NCBI GenBank assembly: GCA_963768425.1 | Contig: CAVYHV010000015.1 | Location: 32,001-96,000 of the forward strand | Length of the DNA stretch: 64,000 nucleotides | Reading direction: 5' to 3' | Source: Candidatus Bathyarchaeota archaeon | GTDB lineage: Archaea; Thermoproteota; Bathyarchaeia; Bathyarchaeales; Bathycorpusculaceae | In this document: piece by piece, positions 29,871-40,385 of the stretch | How positions within the stretch are numbered: position 1 is the first letter of the stretch | How the letters are laid out: every line of letters begins with the position of its first letter | Notes under the pieces: model-generated | Seen by the model: the letters and a program-made list of their open reading frames with translations, nothing else | Databases searched by the model: none | Told to the model about the DNA's origin: nothing | Made by a program: the position numbers and the translations under genes

Positions 29871-32800
29871 ATGGCAAGGTCGTTTTTTGATTCACTGAAT
29901 CATTTCATTCGAAGACGTTACAGGTGGGTTATAGCTGCTTGGGTAGTTGCGGTTGTGCTTTCGCTTTTCCTTATCCCAAGTTTCTTCTCATCTGTCTCCT
30001 ACGACCTTACAGGAGGGTTCGGAGCTCCAGCTAATACAATGTCGGAAAAGGCAGCCAACATCATCCAAGCCGAGTTTCCCGACGGCAACCTTAGCGATGC
30101 CAGCATTATTGTTCTTGTCCAGAACACTTCAGTTTATTCAGATGCTCTAAAGCAGGTTGTTCTGGCTCTAAACCAAACTTTGTCTGATGATTCAAACGTG
30201 GGCAACTTCACGGGTGAACAGACTCTCTATTCAAGTGAAGCAAATGTTCTCAACGGCTCCCTCCCGGCGATAATTAACCAGACAGCTGCACTTCAACCCA
30301 ATATAGTCCTGATCAACCAAGGCTTGTATTCATTGACTGGAAACCTGTCGTTGCTTAGCCAAAACCTGTTCCAAATGCAGGATGGAATCAACCAAACAGC
30401 GCAACTTGTATGGGGAGTTCCAGCGGCATTTGTTAATGTTTGGCAGGGCGTATCTCAGCAGTTCGTTGGGTCGGGTGACACTAACCCCTTCGACGCCAAC
30501 GCGCAAGCCAACACGTCCACGCTTAACGTAACAAGCAATTTCGGAGGCAACACCCAATCCATAGGATACTACATTGCTTTCTTCAACGCTTGGAACTCCA
30601 GTTTCTTGACTCTTCCACCGAGCACATCTGTGTCTGATAGGGAAGCCTACGCTGTCGGCCAAGCTGTCACCGGATTCTTGAGCAACCCTCAGATTGATAC
30701 CCAAACAGGCCAGATGATCGGCCTCGTCGCTTCCGGCTTAACCAGCGTAAATTGGAACCAAGCCGCTGCAGTTGAGAACTTAACGATTACAAGCATGGTT
30801 TCTGACATTCCGTCGAGTCTTGCATCTTCTCTTGGCGCTTCACCGTTAAGCGTCGTGAATGAACTATACAATCTCGGACGGTCGCCTTCAAACTCAACCA
30901 TTGAAAACTACTCCATTACTCTATTAGAAAAAAGCTACAGCAACATGTCAACGGCAGATGCAGGCTTTTCTGTTTCTGACTTAATGCACTCCGCCTACGA
31001 TTTAGGCTCATCACCGACCAACCTGCAGACATGGAACCTTGCGTGTGAATTAACATCAAACGCGACTCAAACTGCTATGGTCGATTCTCCTCTCTTCAGC
31101 GTAAACACCGACTCATTCACCAGTCTTCTCGAATCGCTCTCGCCAAACGCAACCGCCAATGATATCACTCAAGCAATTAACAACGAAGTTGCAACCAAAT
31201 CCTGCATAGGCTACCCATTTGTGCTAACCTCAGCGTTGACACACAACTTTGTTAACTCACAAAACAACACCATGATGGTCGTCTTCAGTTTCGCGTCCAC
31301 TCCAGACGATAACACGATTGCCCATGTGAAGGCCGCTGTGCAAAACTCTGGGATTCAAAGTTACGGAACCGTCTTCGTCACTGGCGGTGCAGTATTGACT
31401 TCTGATGTCGCGAAAGCATTCATACCCGCCTTAGAAGTCACTATAGGTCCTGGAATAGCAATCTCACTATTGATAGTCGGACTGCTCTTTCTGGCGCCGA
31501 TGGCTGCTCTCATCCCCGTCATGCTGGGAGGCGTTTCGATTTCCGTCGCGCTTGCCTCCATCTACGAAGGATTCGTGAAAATTGGCCATGGAAACCTCAC
31601 TTTTCTCACTCCAACCCTGACTATACTTCTCATGCTAGGTTTGGCCGTGGACTACTCGGTTTTGCAGCTTAGACGCACAAGGGAAGAACGGCTGAAAGGC
31701 AAAACAATCGAAGAAAGCGTAGGAATCTCCATCAAATGGGCAGGCCAAGCTGTATTGACCGCAGGCATAACCGTCATCGTAGCTTACATCGTCATGGCGG
31801 TTGCAAACGTGCCCATATTCAGCGACGTTGGAACAGCAATAGCCTTAGGAGTCGCAATCTTGCTCGCGGCGTCTTTGACTTTGCTGCCTGCTTTGGAAAT
31901 TGCCTTAGGCGATAAGATCTTCTGGCCAGGGCTGAAGGGAAAAATCAACGCAAAGTCTGACCCCAACAAAAACGTGCTTAGACGTTTGGCTCATTGTACG
32001 CTTAAAAGGAAAGTGCCCGTTGTCGTAATCATCAGTGTCATTGCGCTAAGCGCTTTTATCGTTATGTATAGCACTCCAACAAGCGAGGAGTTCCTTAGGC
32101 TGATTCCGAACTTCCCGAGCAACCAGGGACTGACTGCTTTAGCCAACGATTTTGGAAGCGGAACCTTAGGGCCGACATCAATCGTCGTCACGACTGCGAC
32201 GCCGATAACTTATGGAGAGAACCAGTTTAACCAGACGCTGCTTAACCAAATTGACGCCATCACAAATTCTGCTGCAGATTCCAAAGGCGTCGATTCAGCT
32301 TCGGGCACAACTAGACCCTATGGAGATGCCTTCAACTACGCTTCGATCGGTAACATGTCTGTTCCAATTCAGCAGCAGTACGAAAGCCAAATGTTCTCAA
32401 CCATCGGTAAAGATAACAAAACCGCAGTGATCACCGTTAACCTGGCGGATTCAGGCTTTAGCCCCGCCGCTATCAACTCGCTCAAAGGTGTCGAAAAGAA
32501 CATCAGCAAACTGTCTCTACTGGCAGGAGTGAAAATTTACTATGGCGGAGAAACCCAGTCCATCTATGATGGTCAAACATTCATGACGAATTTGATTCCT
32601 GAAGTCGTGGCTATCCTTGCAGCGGCAGTCTACGTGATCTTATTCTTCCAGCTAAAATCCGCTTTTACCCCGGTTCGACTTATAGTTACGATTCTCTGCA
32701 GCGTCGTTTGCTCATTAGCAATCGTTTGCTTCGTCTTTTACTATGCCCTAAACCTGCCCATCCTTAACTTCGCGCCGCTCTTCGTTGTGGTAACCATGCT

Positions 32801-33143
32801 TGGCGTAGGAATAGACTACGACATATTCTTCATAACCCGCATAAGAGAAGAAGTCCTCAACGGAAAAACAGACAATGACGCAATAGTAGAAGCCATCGAC
32901 AAAGTCTGGGTAACAATCCTCGGCTTAGGCCTGGTCCTTGCAACCGTCTTCCTGTCACTGGTAATAACCAACATTGCCGTGCTTGAAGAAATCGCACTAG
33001 CCGTTGCCGCCGCAATCCTGATCGACGTAACCGTAGTAATCCTCTTCTTCGTACCTTCACTAATGGGTTTGGCGCAGAAATTCAACTGGTGGCCCTACCG
33101 ATTCACAAAAAACAAAAAAGCTGAAAACAACAAGCATGTTTAG
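29871..33143 (+). CDS. MMPL/RND family transporter
   Basis: Two TM bundles with GLAVDYSV and GVGIDYDIFFITRIREE motifs; large extracytoplasmic loop. Confidence 0.9.
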   Translation: MARSFFDSLNHFIRRRYRWVIAAWVVAVVLSLFLIPSFFSSVSYDLTGGFGAPANTMSEKAANIIQAEFPDGNLSDASIIVLVQNTSVYSDALKQVVLALNQTLSDDSNVGNFTGEQTLYSSEANVLNGSLPAIINQTAALQPNIVLINQGLYSLTGNLSLLSQNLFQMQDGINQTAQLVWGVPAAFVNVWQGVSQQFVGSGDTNPFDANAQANTSTLNVTSNFGGNTQSIGYYIAFFNAWNSSFLTLPPSTSVSDREAYAVGQAVTGFLSNPQIDTQTGQMIGLVASGLTSVNWNQAAAVENLTITSMVSDIPSSLASSLGASPLSVVNELYNLGRSPSNSTIENYSITLLEKSYSNMSTADAGFSVSDLMHSAYDLGSSPTNLQTWNLACELTSNATQTAMVDSPLFSVNTDSFTSLLESLSPNATANDITQAINNEVATKSCIGYPFVLTSALTHNFVNSQNNTMMVVFSFASTPDDNTIAHVKAAVQNSGIQSYGTVFVTGGAVLTSDVAKAFIPALEVTIGPGIAISLLIVGLLFLAPMAALIPVMLGGVSISVALASIYEGFVKIGHGNLTFLTPTLTILLMLGLAVDYSVLQLRRTREERLKGKTIEESVGISIKWAGQAVLTAGITVIVAYIVMAVANVPIFSDVGTAIALGVAILLAASLTLLPALEIALGDKIFWPGLKGKINAKSDPNKNVLRRLAHCTLKRKVPVVVIISVIALSAFIVMYSTPTSEEFLRLIPNFPSNQGLTALANDFGSGTLGPTSIVVTTATPITYGENQFNQTLLNQIDAITNSAADSKGVDSASGTTRPYGDAFNYASIGNMSVPIQQQYESQMFSTIGKDNKTAVITVNLADSGFSPAAINSLKGVEKNISKLSLLAGVKIYYGGETQSIYDGQTFMTNLIPEVVAILAAAVYVILFFQLKSAFTPVRLIVTILCSVVCSLAIVCFVFYYALNLPILNFAPLFVVVTMLGVGIDYDIFFITRIREEVLNGKTDNDAIVEAIDKVWVTILGLGLVLATVFLSLVITNIAVLEEIALAVAAAILIDVTVVILFFVPSLMGLAQKFNWWPYRFTKNKKAENNKHV

Positions 33144-33471
33144 GTCGATTTATTTAGTTTGCTATCAGTAACAAGTTTTTCGGTTTGCTTCGATGAGTTA
33201 AATCAATTGCGCCTTAATGCGCTGTTAATTTAATAAACAAGCTAACTTAAAACACGCCCATGCCATTTACAGCCTAAAACAAGGCTACAGTGCCAGACTC
33301 CGCCTATTCTGTAAATTAGGGTATTTAATTAAATGGGTCTTCAAAAAAATTTGGAAATAATTTTGAAATTTTGGGGCTTAACAAAAATCGTGCCTTTTAA
33401 GGGGCTAATTATTCAGCCATTACAATAGCAAAAATAAAATATAGTTGTTCTAACTGTATTTCGGTGGTTGT

Positions 33472-33942
33472 TTGGGCATGAGAGTGATTGATGCAACTCT
33501 TATTGGGCTTGCTTTAATTTCTCTAATCTTTGTTGGAATGGTCTTTTTGATTGTTGACTTACTGATTTTCAATTCTGTTAACCCTGTCTCAATTGAGATA
33601 GCAGATTTGGGCATGTTTTTAGGTTTAGCTTTTGGGTTGTTTGCAGGGAATTGGTATACTAAGCAACAACTGAGCATTTTATCCGAAAAGATTGAGTTTA
33701 GCAGTTTGGGTTCCAAGGGATTGTACTATGCCTTGTTTTCTGGGTTGGCGATATTTCTTGTTTGTTCGTTCTTTGTTATTTTTTATAACGAGATCGTTTT
33801 CGCAGAGGGTTTGATTACCTTCGTTATTTCAGCAACTTTTGCTTTGTACGTAATAAGGTTAATTGTTGTCTATTCATGGGAAAAGAGAGTAAGAAAAATA
33901 ATGATGATGGAGTGGAACAAATTTTATGCTATACCAAAATAA
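33472..33942 (+). CDS. Hypothetical membrane protein
   Basis: 156 aa with four hydrophobic segments. Confidence 0.6.
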   Translation: MGMRVIDATLIGLALISLIFVGMVFLIVDLLIFNSVNPVSIEIADLGMFLGLAFGLFAGNWYTKQQLSILSEKIEFSSLGSKGLYYALFSGLAIFLVCSFFVIFYNEIVFAEGLITFVISATFALYVIRLIVVYSWEKRVRKIMMMEWNKFYAIPK

Positions 33943-34009
33943 TCAGGTTTTAAGTTTTTCCATCGCTTGCTTTGGGTTTTAACTCTTAGAACTAACAATC
34001 AACCTTCGA

Positions 34010-34333
34010 TCAAAGCGTTTTCAACCAATCATCAAGTTGCTTCTCTTTTAAGCCCACGCCGAATCTTCCGTCAAGACGTTTGGAGACTTTGCCTTTTTCA
34101 AAGAATATAATGGTTGGAACAGCCTCAACGTCGTATATATCCCACAACTCATTGTCGTAGTCATCAAGCATGACGTGAATGATTTCTCCGTCGTTGAATA
34201 TGCCTGTTTTCTTTTGGAAAACCGGAACAAAACTCCTGCAGTAAGGACACCATGAAGCATGAAAAAGTGCAAGAACTTTCTCGTTCTTCTTCAATTCCTG
34301 ATTTAGGCCTTGTTCACTATCAACTTTGATCAT
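34010..34333 (-). CDS. Thioredoxin family protein
   Basis: FHASWCPYC active site; VPTIIFFEKGK. Confidence 0.9.
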   Translation of the reverse strand: MIKVDSEQGLNQELKKNEKVLALFHASWCPYCRSFVPVFQKKTGIFNDGEIIHVMLDDYDNELWDIYDVEAVPTIIFFEKGKVSKRLDGRFGVGLKEKQLDDWLKTL

Positions 34334-34593
34334 AAGTATCATTCTAAATCGTTTTGCGTTGTTCATAAACGTGCCGTTCCTGCTCCAACAAACGCACATT
34401 TATAAAATTTCTCTTGACTAGACATAGTAGATATTTCTTAAGGATAGAGGGTTCTCACTTGAAGAGAACAAGGGTTACTTTGTTATCTTTTAAGGCGCAA
34501 ACGGGAGACGTTTTCCATGGAAACCGACATTAGCAATCATCCCAACTTTAAGGAAAGCTAAATAGATTAATCCATATCAAATAGCTGAACACG

Positions 34594-35316
34594 ATGTCAC
34601 GTAAAGCTTATCGAAGAGGATATCCAGTTGCAGTTTTAATCGGAATAGAGAGTGACCATGCTGCCTTATGGCAAATTTTCAGCCAAGTAGCCAAGCAACA
34701 ACAAACTTTATCCCTAGCTGGGAACCGAAGCGACACAAAAAACCTGTACTGCTTTCACGAAGCAGTCATAAACGCAATTCGGCCGACTTTGAAGGAAGGA
34801 GTCAGAAGCATCGTAATAGCAGCGCCTCCGCGGACCAATTATGCACAGGAATTCCAAAATCACATTAAGGCACATCACAGCTGGCTTCTTTCAGGAACCA
34901 ACAAAGCCACATTCTCCACCATCACAGGTTCAGCAAGCACACCCACCCAAGTTGCCGCCATTACAAAAACAGCAGCCTTCAAACAATCAATCAGCGAAAC
35001 AACAACGGAAGAAGCAGAAAACCTTCTTGAAATCCTCGAAAAAAAGCTAAGCTCCCCTGAAAACTCGGTGCTTTTTTCTCTGCAAGACGCGGAACATTTT
35101 ATTCTCGGAACGCAAACAGAGGGGAAGCCTAAGCCTGAATACCTCATGCTTACAGATGAGTTCCTTTCGAAGAGTCGGCAAAAATACCGAATTCAAAAGC
35201 TCATGCAGATTGCGGCAAACAAAGGAGTAAAAACCCGAGTAATAAGTGCGGAGTCAACTGCTGGAAAACGGCTAACGCAGTTTGGCGGAATTGTTTGTTT
35301 GGCAAAACGTGATTAG
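34594..35316 (+). CDS. Pelota/eRF1-like protein (domains 2-3 only)
   Basis: C-terminus KGVKTRVISAESTAGKRLTQFGGIVCL parallels pelota RANVNVISTEHEAGAKLLSLGGIAALL in this window. Confidence 0.7.
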   Translation: MSRKAYRRGYPVAVLIGIESDHAALWQIFSQVAKQQQTLSLAGNRSDTKNLYCFHEAVINAIRPTLKEGVRSIVIAAPPRTNYAQEFQNHIKAHHSWLLSGTNKATFSTITGSASTPTQVAAITKTAAFKQSISETTTEEAENLLEILEKKLSSPENSVLFSLQDAEHFILGTQTEGKPKPEYLMLTDEFLSKSRQKYRIQKLMQIAANKGVKTRVISAESTAGKRLTQFGGIVCLAKRD

Positions 35317-35321
35317 CCAAC

Positions 35322-36053
35322 CTAAAGAAATCCATTATCCTTAAGTTGCCCAATTGATATTTTGCCAGAATGCAAAGAAGTAGCCACCAACGCCCCTGAA
35401 ATACCAGTATCCCGCAGCTCAAGCAAATCACTGATGTCTCTGACGCCGCCTCCAACGTACAGATTCAACGGCACTTCTGCAAGCACTTTTTTCATAAAAT
35501 CCATGTTCACTCCTTCGCCGCTGCCTACCCGCGCCAAATCCAAAACAATGACTTGTGAAACGCCCATGACCTTGAACTCGTTTAGAAGGCAAATTGGATT
35601 CGTGCATCCATTGAATCCCAACTTGACAAGGACCTTGTCGCCTCTCAAATCCAAGCTTACAATGACGCGGTCGCTTCCAAACGCTTTTACCGCTTCGCCG
35701 ACGAAGCTTTTGTTTTGGAGTGTTTCGGTTCCGATGACAAGTTTTGAAACCCCGTTCTCAAGCAATTTCTCGGCTCGTTCCATTGAGGTCACGCCTGCAT
35801 CGATCATCAGGTTAAGACCCGTTGCGTCAGAGATACGTTGGAAAACTTGAAAGTTGGCGGAGCAATCGATTATGGCATCTAAATCAGCAATATACAACTC
35901 GCTAAAACCGAGCTTTTTGAAGTCCTTTGCAACTTCAACTGGGTCGACTGAATTGGACAAGCTGCTTTGAAGGGGTTTATACTCGCTTCTCTTGCCCCTG
36001 ATAGCATGGACCACGACGCCGTTTAAAATGTCGATCACTGGTATTGCTTTCAA
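35322..36053 (-). CDS. HisA/HisF-related TIM-barrel protein (C1-cofactor-associated type)
   Basis: IPVIDILNGVVVHA, LYIADLDAI, VLDLARVGSGEG and VGGGVRD motifs. Confidence 0.85.
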   Translation of the reverse strand: MKAIPVIDILNGVVVHAIRGKRSEYKPLQSSLSNSVDPVEVAKDFKKLGFSELYIADLDAIIDCSANFQVFQRISDATGLNLMIDAGVTSMERAEKLLENGVSKLVIGTETLQNKSFVGEAVKAFGSDRVIVSLDLRGDKVLVKLGFNGCTNPICLLNEFKVMGVSQVIVLDLARVGSGEGVNMDFMKKVLAEVPLNLYVGGGVRDISDLLELRDTGISGALVATSLHSGKISIGQLKDNGFL

Positions 36054-36156
36054 TCTTGCTCGCTAACTGGAATTATTCGTTGCAAATAGAAAAACCTAGC
36101 CTTCGTTGAGCAAAACTTTTAAAGCCTTCATTAATGCGCTTGATTACTGACAACGA

Positions 36157-36897
36157 TTGAAGCTACTAATTAGCCCCGTAAACGCACAAGAAGCCGCCGA
36201 AGCTATTGCTGGAGGCGCCACCATAATTGACGTCAAAAACCCTCAAGAAGGCGCCTTAGGAGCCAATTTTCCATGGGTCATCAAGCAGATAAAGGAGCTT
36301 GCACCGAAAAACGTTCAAGTTAGTTGCGCTTTAGGCGACATCCCGAATCTTCCTGGTTCTGTGTCGCTTGCAGCCTTGGGTGCAGCTTCGTTGGGGGTTG
36401 ATTACGTCAAGGTAAGTCTTTATGGGTGCAAAACAGTTGAGGAAGCACTGTATCTCCTTCAAAACGTTAACAGAGCTGCTAAGGAATGCAACCCCAAAAT
36501 CAAGGTGGCTGCCGTTGGTTACGCTGACGCAAAAAAAACTAATTTGCTAGATCCAAGGCAGGTTCCCGAAGTAGCAGCCAAAGCGCACGTTGAGGTAGCC
36601 ATGCTTGACACGCAGTTTAAAGACGGAAAGACCCTCTTCTTCCACCTCTCGGCGGAGCAACTTAAGAAATTCGTTGATCGTAGCCATCAACTGGGTCTTG
36701 AAGTGGCGTTGGCTGGGTCACTGCGGAAGGAAGATTTGCCTGTAGTTTACCGTTTGGGCGCCGATATAGTAGGTTTGCGTGGAGCAGCCTGCACAAACAG
36801 AGACCGAGTCAAGGGAGAAATGAAGAGAGCTCTCGTGGGCGAACTTGTGGAAGTTATCAGTCAAACTGAATTGCAAGCTAACAAGCCGAGGGTTTAA
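36157..36897 (+). CDS. mfnB: (5-formylfuran-3-yl)methyl phosphate synthase
   Basis: MKLLISP...GGA.IIDVKNPQEGALGANFPW, MLDT..KDG, LAGSL and DIVGLRGAAC motifs. Confidence 0.9.
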   Translation: MKLLISPVNAQEAAEAIAGGATIIDVKNPQEGALGANFPWVIKQIKELAPKNVQVSCALGDIPNLPGSVSLAALGAASLGVDYVKVSLYGCKTVEEALYLLQNVNRAAKECNPKIKVAAVGYADAKKTNLLDPRQVPEVAAKAHVEVAMLDTQFKDGKTLFFHLSAEQLKKFVDRSHQLGLEVALAGSLRKEDLPVVYRLGADIVGLRGAACTNRDRVKGEMKRALVGELVEVISQTELQANKPRV

Positions 36898-36899
36898 CC

Positions 36900-38039
36900 T
36901 TGCATGCAGGCGGCTTAAGCAGGAAACTGGTGCTGGCTGAAATTAAAAAAGTCCGGCACTTAGACCAGCGCTACGATGACGGTAAGGTTTTGTGTTCCAT
37001 GTGTACAAAGCCGCATCCGACGGCGGAGAAAGCTTACAAGCTCTTTTTGAATTCTAACTTAGGCGACCCTGGACTATTTCCAGGGAGCGTACAGCTTGAA
37101 CAAGAAGTTGTACATGAATTAGCGACCCTCCTTCATGGCGAAAACGGCATTGGACACGTAGTTTCAGGGGGAACCGAAGCTAATTTGATGGCACTTTTAG
37201 CCGCAAGAAACACGGCAAATGTCAGCGCTCCCGAAATCGTTTTGCCTGAATCGGCTCATTTCTCATTCACCAAAGTCTGCAATGTCCTAAAAATAAAGTC
37301 AGTGTACGTCAAATTAGACAGCTCTTTCAGAGTTGACCCAGTTCAGGTTGTGAAATCTATCAGCGAAAACACTATCGCAATCGTCGGGACTGCTGGAACT
37401 TCGGAACTGGGTGTGGTCGATCCAATCGAGGAACTTTCACGAATTGCGCTAGAGCGCAAGGTTTGGTTACATGTTGATGCAGCCTTCGGAGGCTTAGTTA
37501 TTCCGTTCTTAGATGGCGACAAACCTAAGTTTGATTTCTCATTGGAGGCAGTGAAATCTATGACAGTTGACCCTCACAAGATGGGAATGGCTGCCATTCC
37601 AGCAGGCGGAATCCTCTTCAGACACCAAGAAGCCTTGGATTGTCTCAAAACTGAAACGCCTTACTTAACCGATCGATACCAGTACACGTTTGTCGGAACA
37701 CGAACAGGTGCTGCAGCTGCTTCAGCATGGGCAGCTTTTAAGTCGCTAGGCATTGAAGGGTACAGGAAAATCGTCGGCAAATGCATGAAGAATACCCAGC
37801 TAATCGCTGACGGACTGGTAGATGAGGGTTGCAGCCTTGTCGTGCAGCCATCCCTGAACATCGTGGCGTTCCGCAGCAACGGTGGCACTAAACGCATGTC
37901 AGAGAGACTTCGACAGAAAGGCTGGCTTATCTCTTACGTGCCACGGTACGATTGCATAAGAATCGTTGTCATGCCGCACGTTAAGAAGAAGCATGCCGAA
38001 GTTTTTTTGAAGGACGTCGCCGGAATCGAAAAGCTTTAA
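36900..38039 (+). CDS. mfnA: L-tyrosine decarboxylase (PLP group II)
   Basis: SMCTKPH, SNLGDPGLFPG, SGGTEAN, LHVDAAFGG and VDPHKMG motifs. Confidence 0.92.
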   Translation: MHAGGLSRKLVLAEIKKVRHLDQRYDDGKVLCSMCTKPHPTAEKAYKLFLNSNLGDPGLFPGSVQLEQEVVHELATLLHGENGIGHVVSGGTEANLMALLAARNTANVSAPEIVLPESAHFSFTKVCNVLKIKSVYVKLDSSFRVDPVQVVKSISENTIAIVGTAGTSELGVVDPIEELSRIALERKVWLHVDAAFGGLVIPFLDGDKPKFDFSLEAVKSMTVDPHKMGMAAIPAGGILFRHQEALDCLKTETPYLTDRYQYTFVGTRTGAAAASAWAAFKSLGIEGYRKIVGKCMKNTQLIADGLVDEGCSLVVQPSLNIVAFRSNGGTKRMSERLRQKGWLISYVPRYDCIRIVVMPHVKKKHAEVFLKDVAGIEKL

Positions 38040-38080
38040 GGTTACGCAGGGTTTCCATCGAATCTTAAAGGGACAATGCT

Positions 38081-39313
38081 TTGAAGATTTTGCTTTACGA
38101 GCATGTTTCAGGCGGCGGATACGCAGGAAAACCACTGGACCAAAGCGTTTTATCAGAAGGGTTCGGTATGCTACGCTGCCTCGCCCAAGATTTCAAAGCT
38201 GCAGGAAACGAAGTAACAGTTTTACTTGATGAACGCATCGCAAAAATGAAGCCGCCTCTCTCAGCTAAAAGCACAGTTCCAGTTTTTCAAGCCCAAGAAG
38301 TCGAAAAATCTCTGGTTAACGCTGCTAAAACTAACGATGCTGTCTACGTTATTGCGCCTGAAACAGGACAGATCCTGCAGTCACTGGTCACTCTCGTTGG
38401 GAAAACATCGAAAGTGGCTCTTAATTGCGAAGCCAGCGCTATTGGCAACGTTGCGGATAAGGCGGTTCTCTACGAGACCCTCAGGAACAACGATTTATAC
38501 ACTCCTGAAACGGTCATCTTTGACGTTGAGAATGACTTAGCCCAAGTTGAGCGAGAAATCAGAAGTCGACTGAGTTACCCTGTCGTCGTTAAGCCTGTGG
38601 ATGGTGTTAGCTGCGGAGGATTAAGCATCATCCACGAAGACCGTCTATTAGAAACTGCAATCGAGAAAATAAAGTCGACATCATCCGCAAAAAGTTTCAT
38701 TGCACAAGAGTTCATTTGCGGCGAAAACGCGAGCGTAAGCCTGATTTGCAAGGAAGATAAAGCGTTATCAGCTAGCCTGAATAAACAGATCGTTAATCTT
38801 TCCGAACCAGAAGGAGCTTCAAGCTATGAAGGCGGCGCGGTTCCTTTTGATCATGCGCTAAAGACTGAAGCGTTCAAAGCGGCGGAAAAGGTTGCATCGT
38901 GTTTTGTTGGATTGCGAGGCTACGTCGGGGTTGACTTCGTTTTGGCGCAAGGCAGGGCATTTGTTGTGGATATTAATCCTAGATTAACGACGTCTTATGT
39001 TGGTTTGAGCAAAGTTGCTGGTTTTAACGTGGCAGAGGCAATGGTTCATGCCGTACTTGATAACAAGTTTCTAGTACAGCAGGAAAACAAGGGGTTCGTT
39101 TATTTTTCTAAAGTTCGATTGCCCAAGCCTTCAATTGATGTCTTCTCTAAGGTCGCTCAAATAGACGGGGTTATTTCACCGCCTTTCCCCGTTGACGGCG
39201 AGTCAGAAGCGATTTCGCTGGTGGCTGCTAATGGCGAATCCATGTCTGACGCGGAGCTGCGGTTCGAAGAAGCTAAAAAGCGGCTGCTCAAGTTATCAGT
39301 GGGAGAAAGATAG
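38081..39313 (+). CDS. mfnD: ATP-grasp tyramine-L-glutamate ligase
   Basis: EGFGML, VIAPET, VVKPVDGVSC, GYVGVDFV and DINPRLTTSYVG motifs; operon context. Confidence 0.8.
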   Translation: MKILLYEHVSGGGYAGKPLDQSVLSEGFGMLRCLAQDFKAAGNEVTVLLDERIAKMKPPLSAKSTVPVFQAQEVEKSLVNAAKTNDAVYVIAPETGQILQSLVTLVGKTSKVALNCEASAIGNVADKAVLYETLRNNDLYTPETVIFDVENDLAQVEREIRSRLSYPVVVKPVDGVSCGGLSIIHEDRLLETAIEKIKSTSSAKSFIAQEFICGENASVSLICKEDKALSASLNKQIVNLSEPEGASSYEGGAVPFDHALKTEAFKAAEKVASCFVGLRGYVGVDFVLAQGRAFVVDINPRLTTSYVGLSKVAGFNVAEAMVHAVLDNKFLVQQENKGFVYFSKVRLPKPSIDVFSKVAQIDGVISPPFPVDGESEAISLVAANGESMSDAELRFEEAKKRLLKLSVGER

Positions 39314-39314
39314 C

Positions 39315-40385
39315 GTGGTAGACGTGTTAGGATTTGACATCGGGGGCGCGAACACCAAAGCTGTACTAGTTCGTACGCAAAACGGTAGACTAAAAGACAT
39401 AAAGCTTGACATCGAGTATTTCCCGATTTGGAAAGAACCACAAAAACTCTCAAAAGTCCTCTTGAAGTTGAAGCAACGACTGGGTGCCGAAAGACTCGAT
39501 GGATTAGGGGTTACAATGACCGCTGAATTATCGGATGCTTACCAAACCAAACGTGAAGGAGTTCACAGCGTTATAGCCGGAGTTAAAGAATCGTTTCCTG
39601 ACACGCCTATCCACGTGCTAAATACAGATTGCGAGTTGGAGTCGACAGCCAAGGCAGAATTGGCGCCACTTGGGGTAGCGGCTGCAAATTGGGTTGCTAC
39701 AGGATGGTTGGTTGCCCAGCGAATAGCCAACTGCGTGATAGCTGACGTCGGAAGCACAAGCACCAGTATAATTCCAGTCGCTTCAGGGAAAGTGGCTGCA
39801 CTGGGCAAAACGGATTTGGACAAACTAATTTGTGGAGAGCTTGTTTACACGGGAGGTTTAAGGACAAATGTCGCGGCAATTGTCCAATCCATTCCTGTCA
39901 GAGGCGGAGTAGCCAGCGTGGCATCTGAAATGTTTGCGCTATCCGCAGATGTCCACATAATCTTAGGCCACATCACAGAAGCGCAGTACACTAGTGAGAC
40001 TGCGGACGGACGCGGCAAGACGTTACGTGAAGCCTATGCAAGGTTAGCTAGGGTAGTTTGCGCTGATACAGACATGTTGACGAATCAGGAAATATTTGAG
40101 ATGGCAAAATACATCTACCTCAGCCAACTTTTGCAAGTTACCCAAGGCTTAACCAAAGTCTACTCACACGTTAAAAAGCAAGCGAAAAACGAAGTTTCAA
40201 TCGTGGTCACGGGTCTCGGTAAAGATTTTATCGCAAGAAAAGCAGCTGAAAAAATCGGCGCTGACTCTATCTTCGATTTGGGAACCTTTCTGCCAAAAGA
40301 AATGTCGATGGCGACGCCTGCTTTCGCAGTTGCATTGATGACAGCGAACAAGATTGAGGGGGAGACAATCTGTTGGACGCAGTAA
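39315..40385 (+). CDS. mfnF: Hydantoinase-A-like methanofuran condensing enzyme
   Basis: GFDIGGANTK, VTMTAELSDAY, AAANW, DVGSTSTSIIP and ELVYTGGLRT motifs. Confidence 0.85.
   Translation: MVDVLGFDIGGANTKAVLVRTQNGRLKDIKLDIEYFPIWKEPQKLSKVLLKLKQRLGAERLDGLGVTMTAELSDAYQTKREGVHSVIAGVKESFPDTPIHVLNTDCELESTAKAELAPLGVAAANWVATGWLVAQRIANCVIADVGSTSTSIIPVASGKVAALGKTDLDKLICGELVYTGGLRTNVAAIVQSIPVRGGVASVASEMFALSADVHIILGHITEAQYTSETADGRGKTLREAYARLARVVCADTDMLTNQEIFEMAKYIYLSQLLQVTQGLTKVYSHVKKQAKNEVSIVVTGLGKDFIARKAAEKIGADSIFDLGTFLPKEMSMATPAFAVALMTANKIEGETICWTQ

Noticed and set aside
35322-36053. Canonical histidine-pathway hisA
   Set aside because: Motifs (VVHA.RG.R..Y.P, YIADLDAI, LDLARVG) and mfn context fit the C1-cofactor-associated HisA-like subfamily better.
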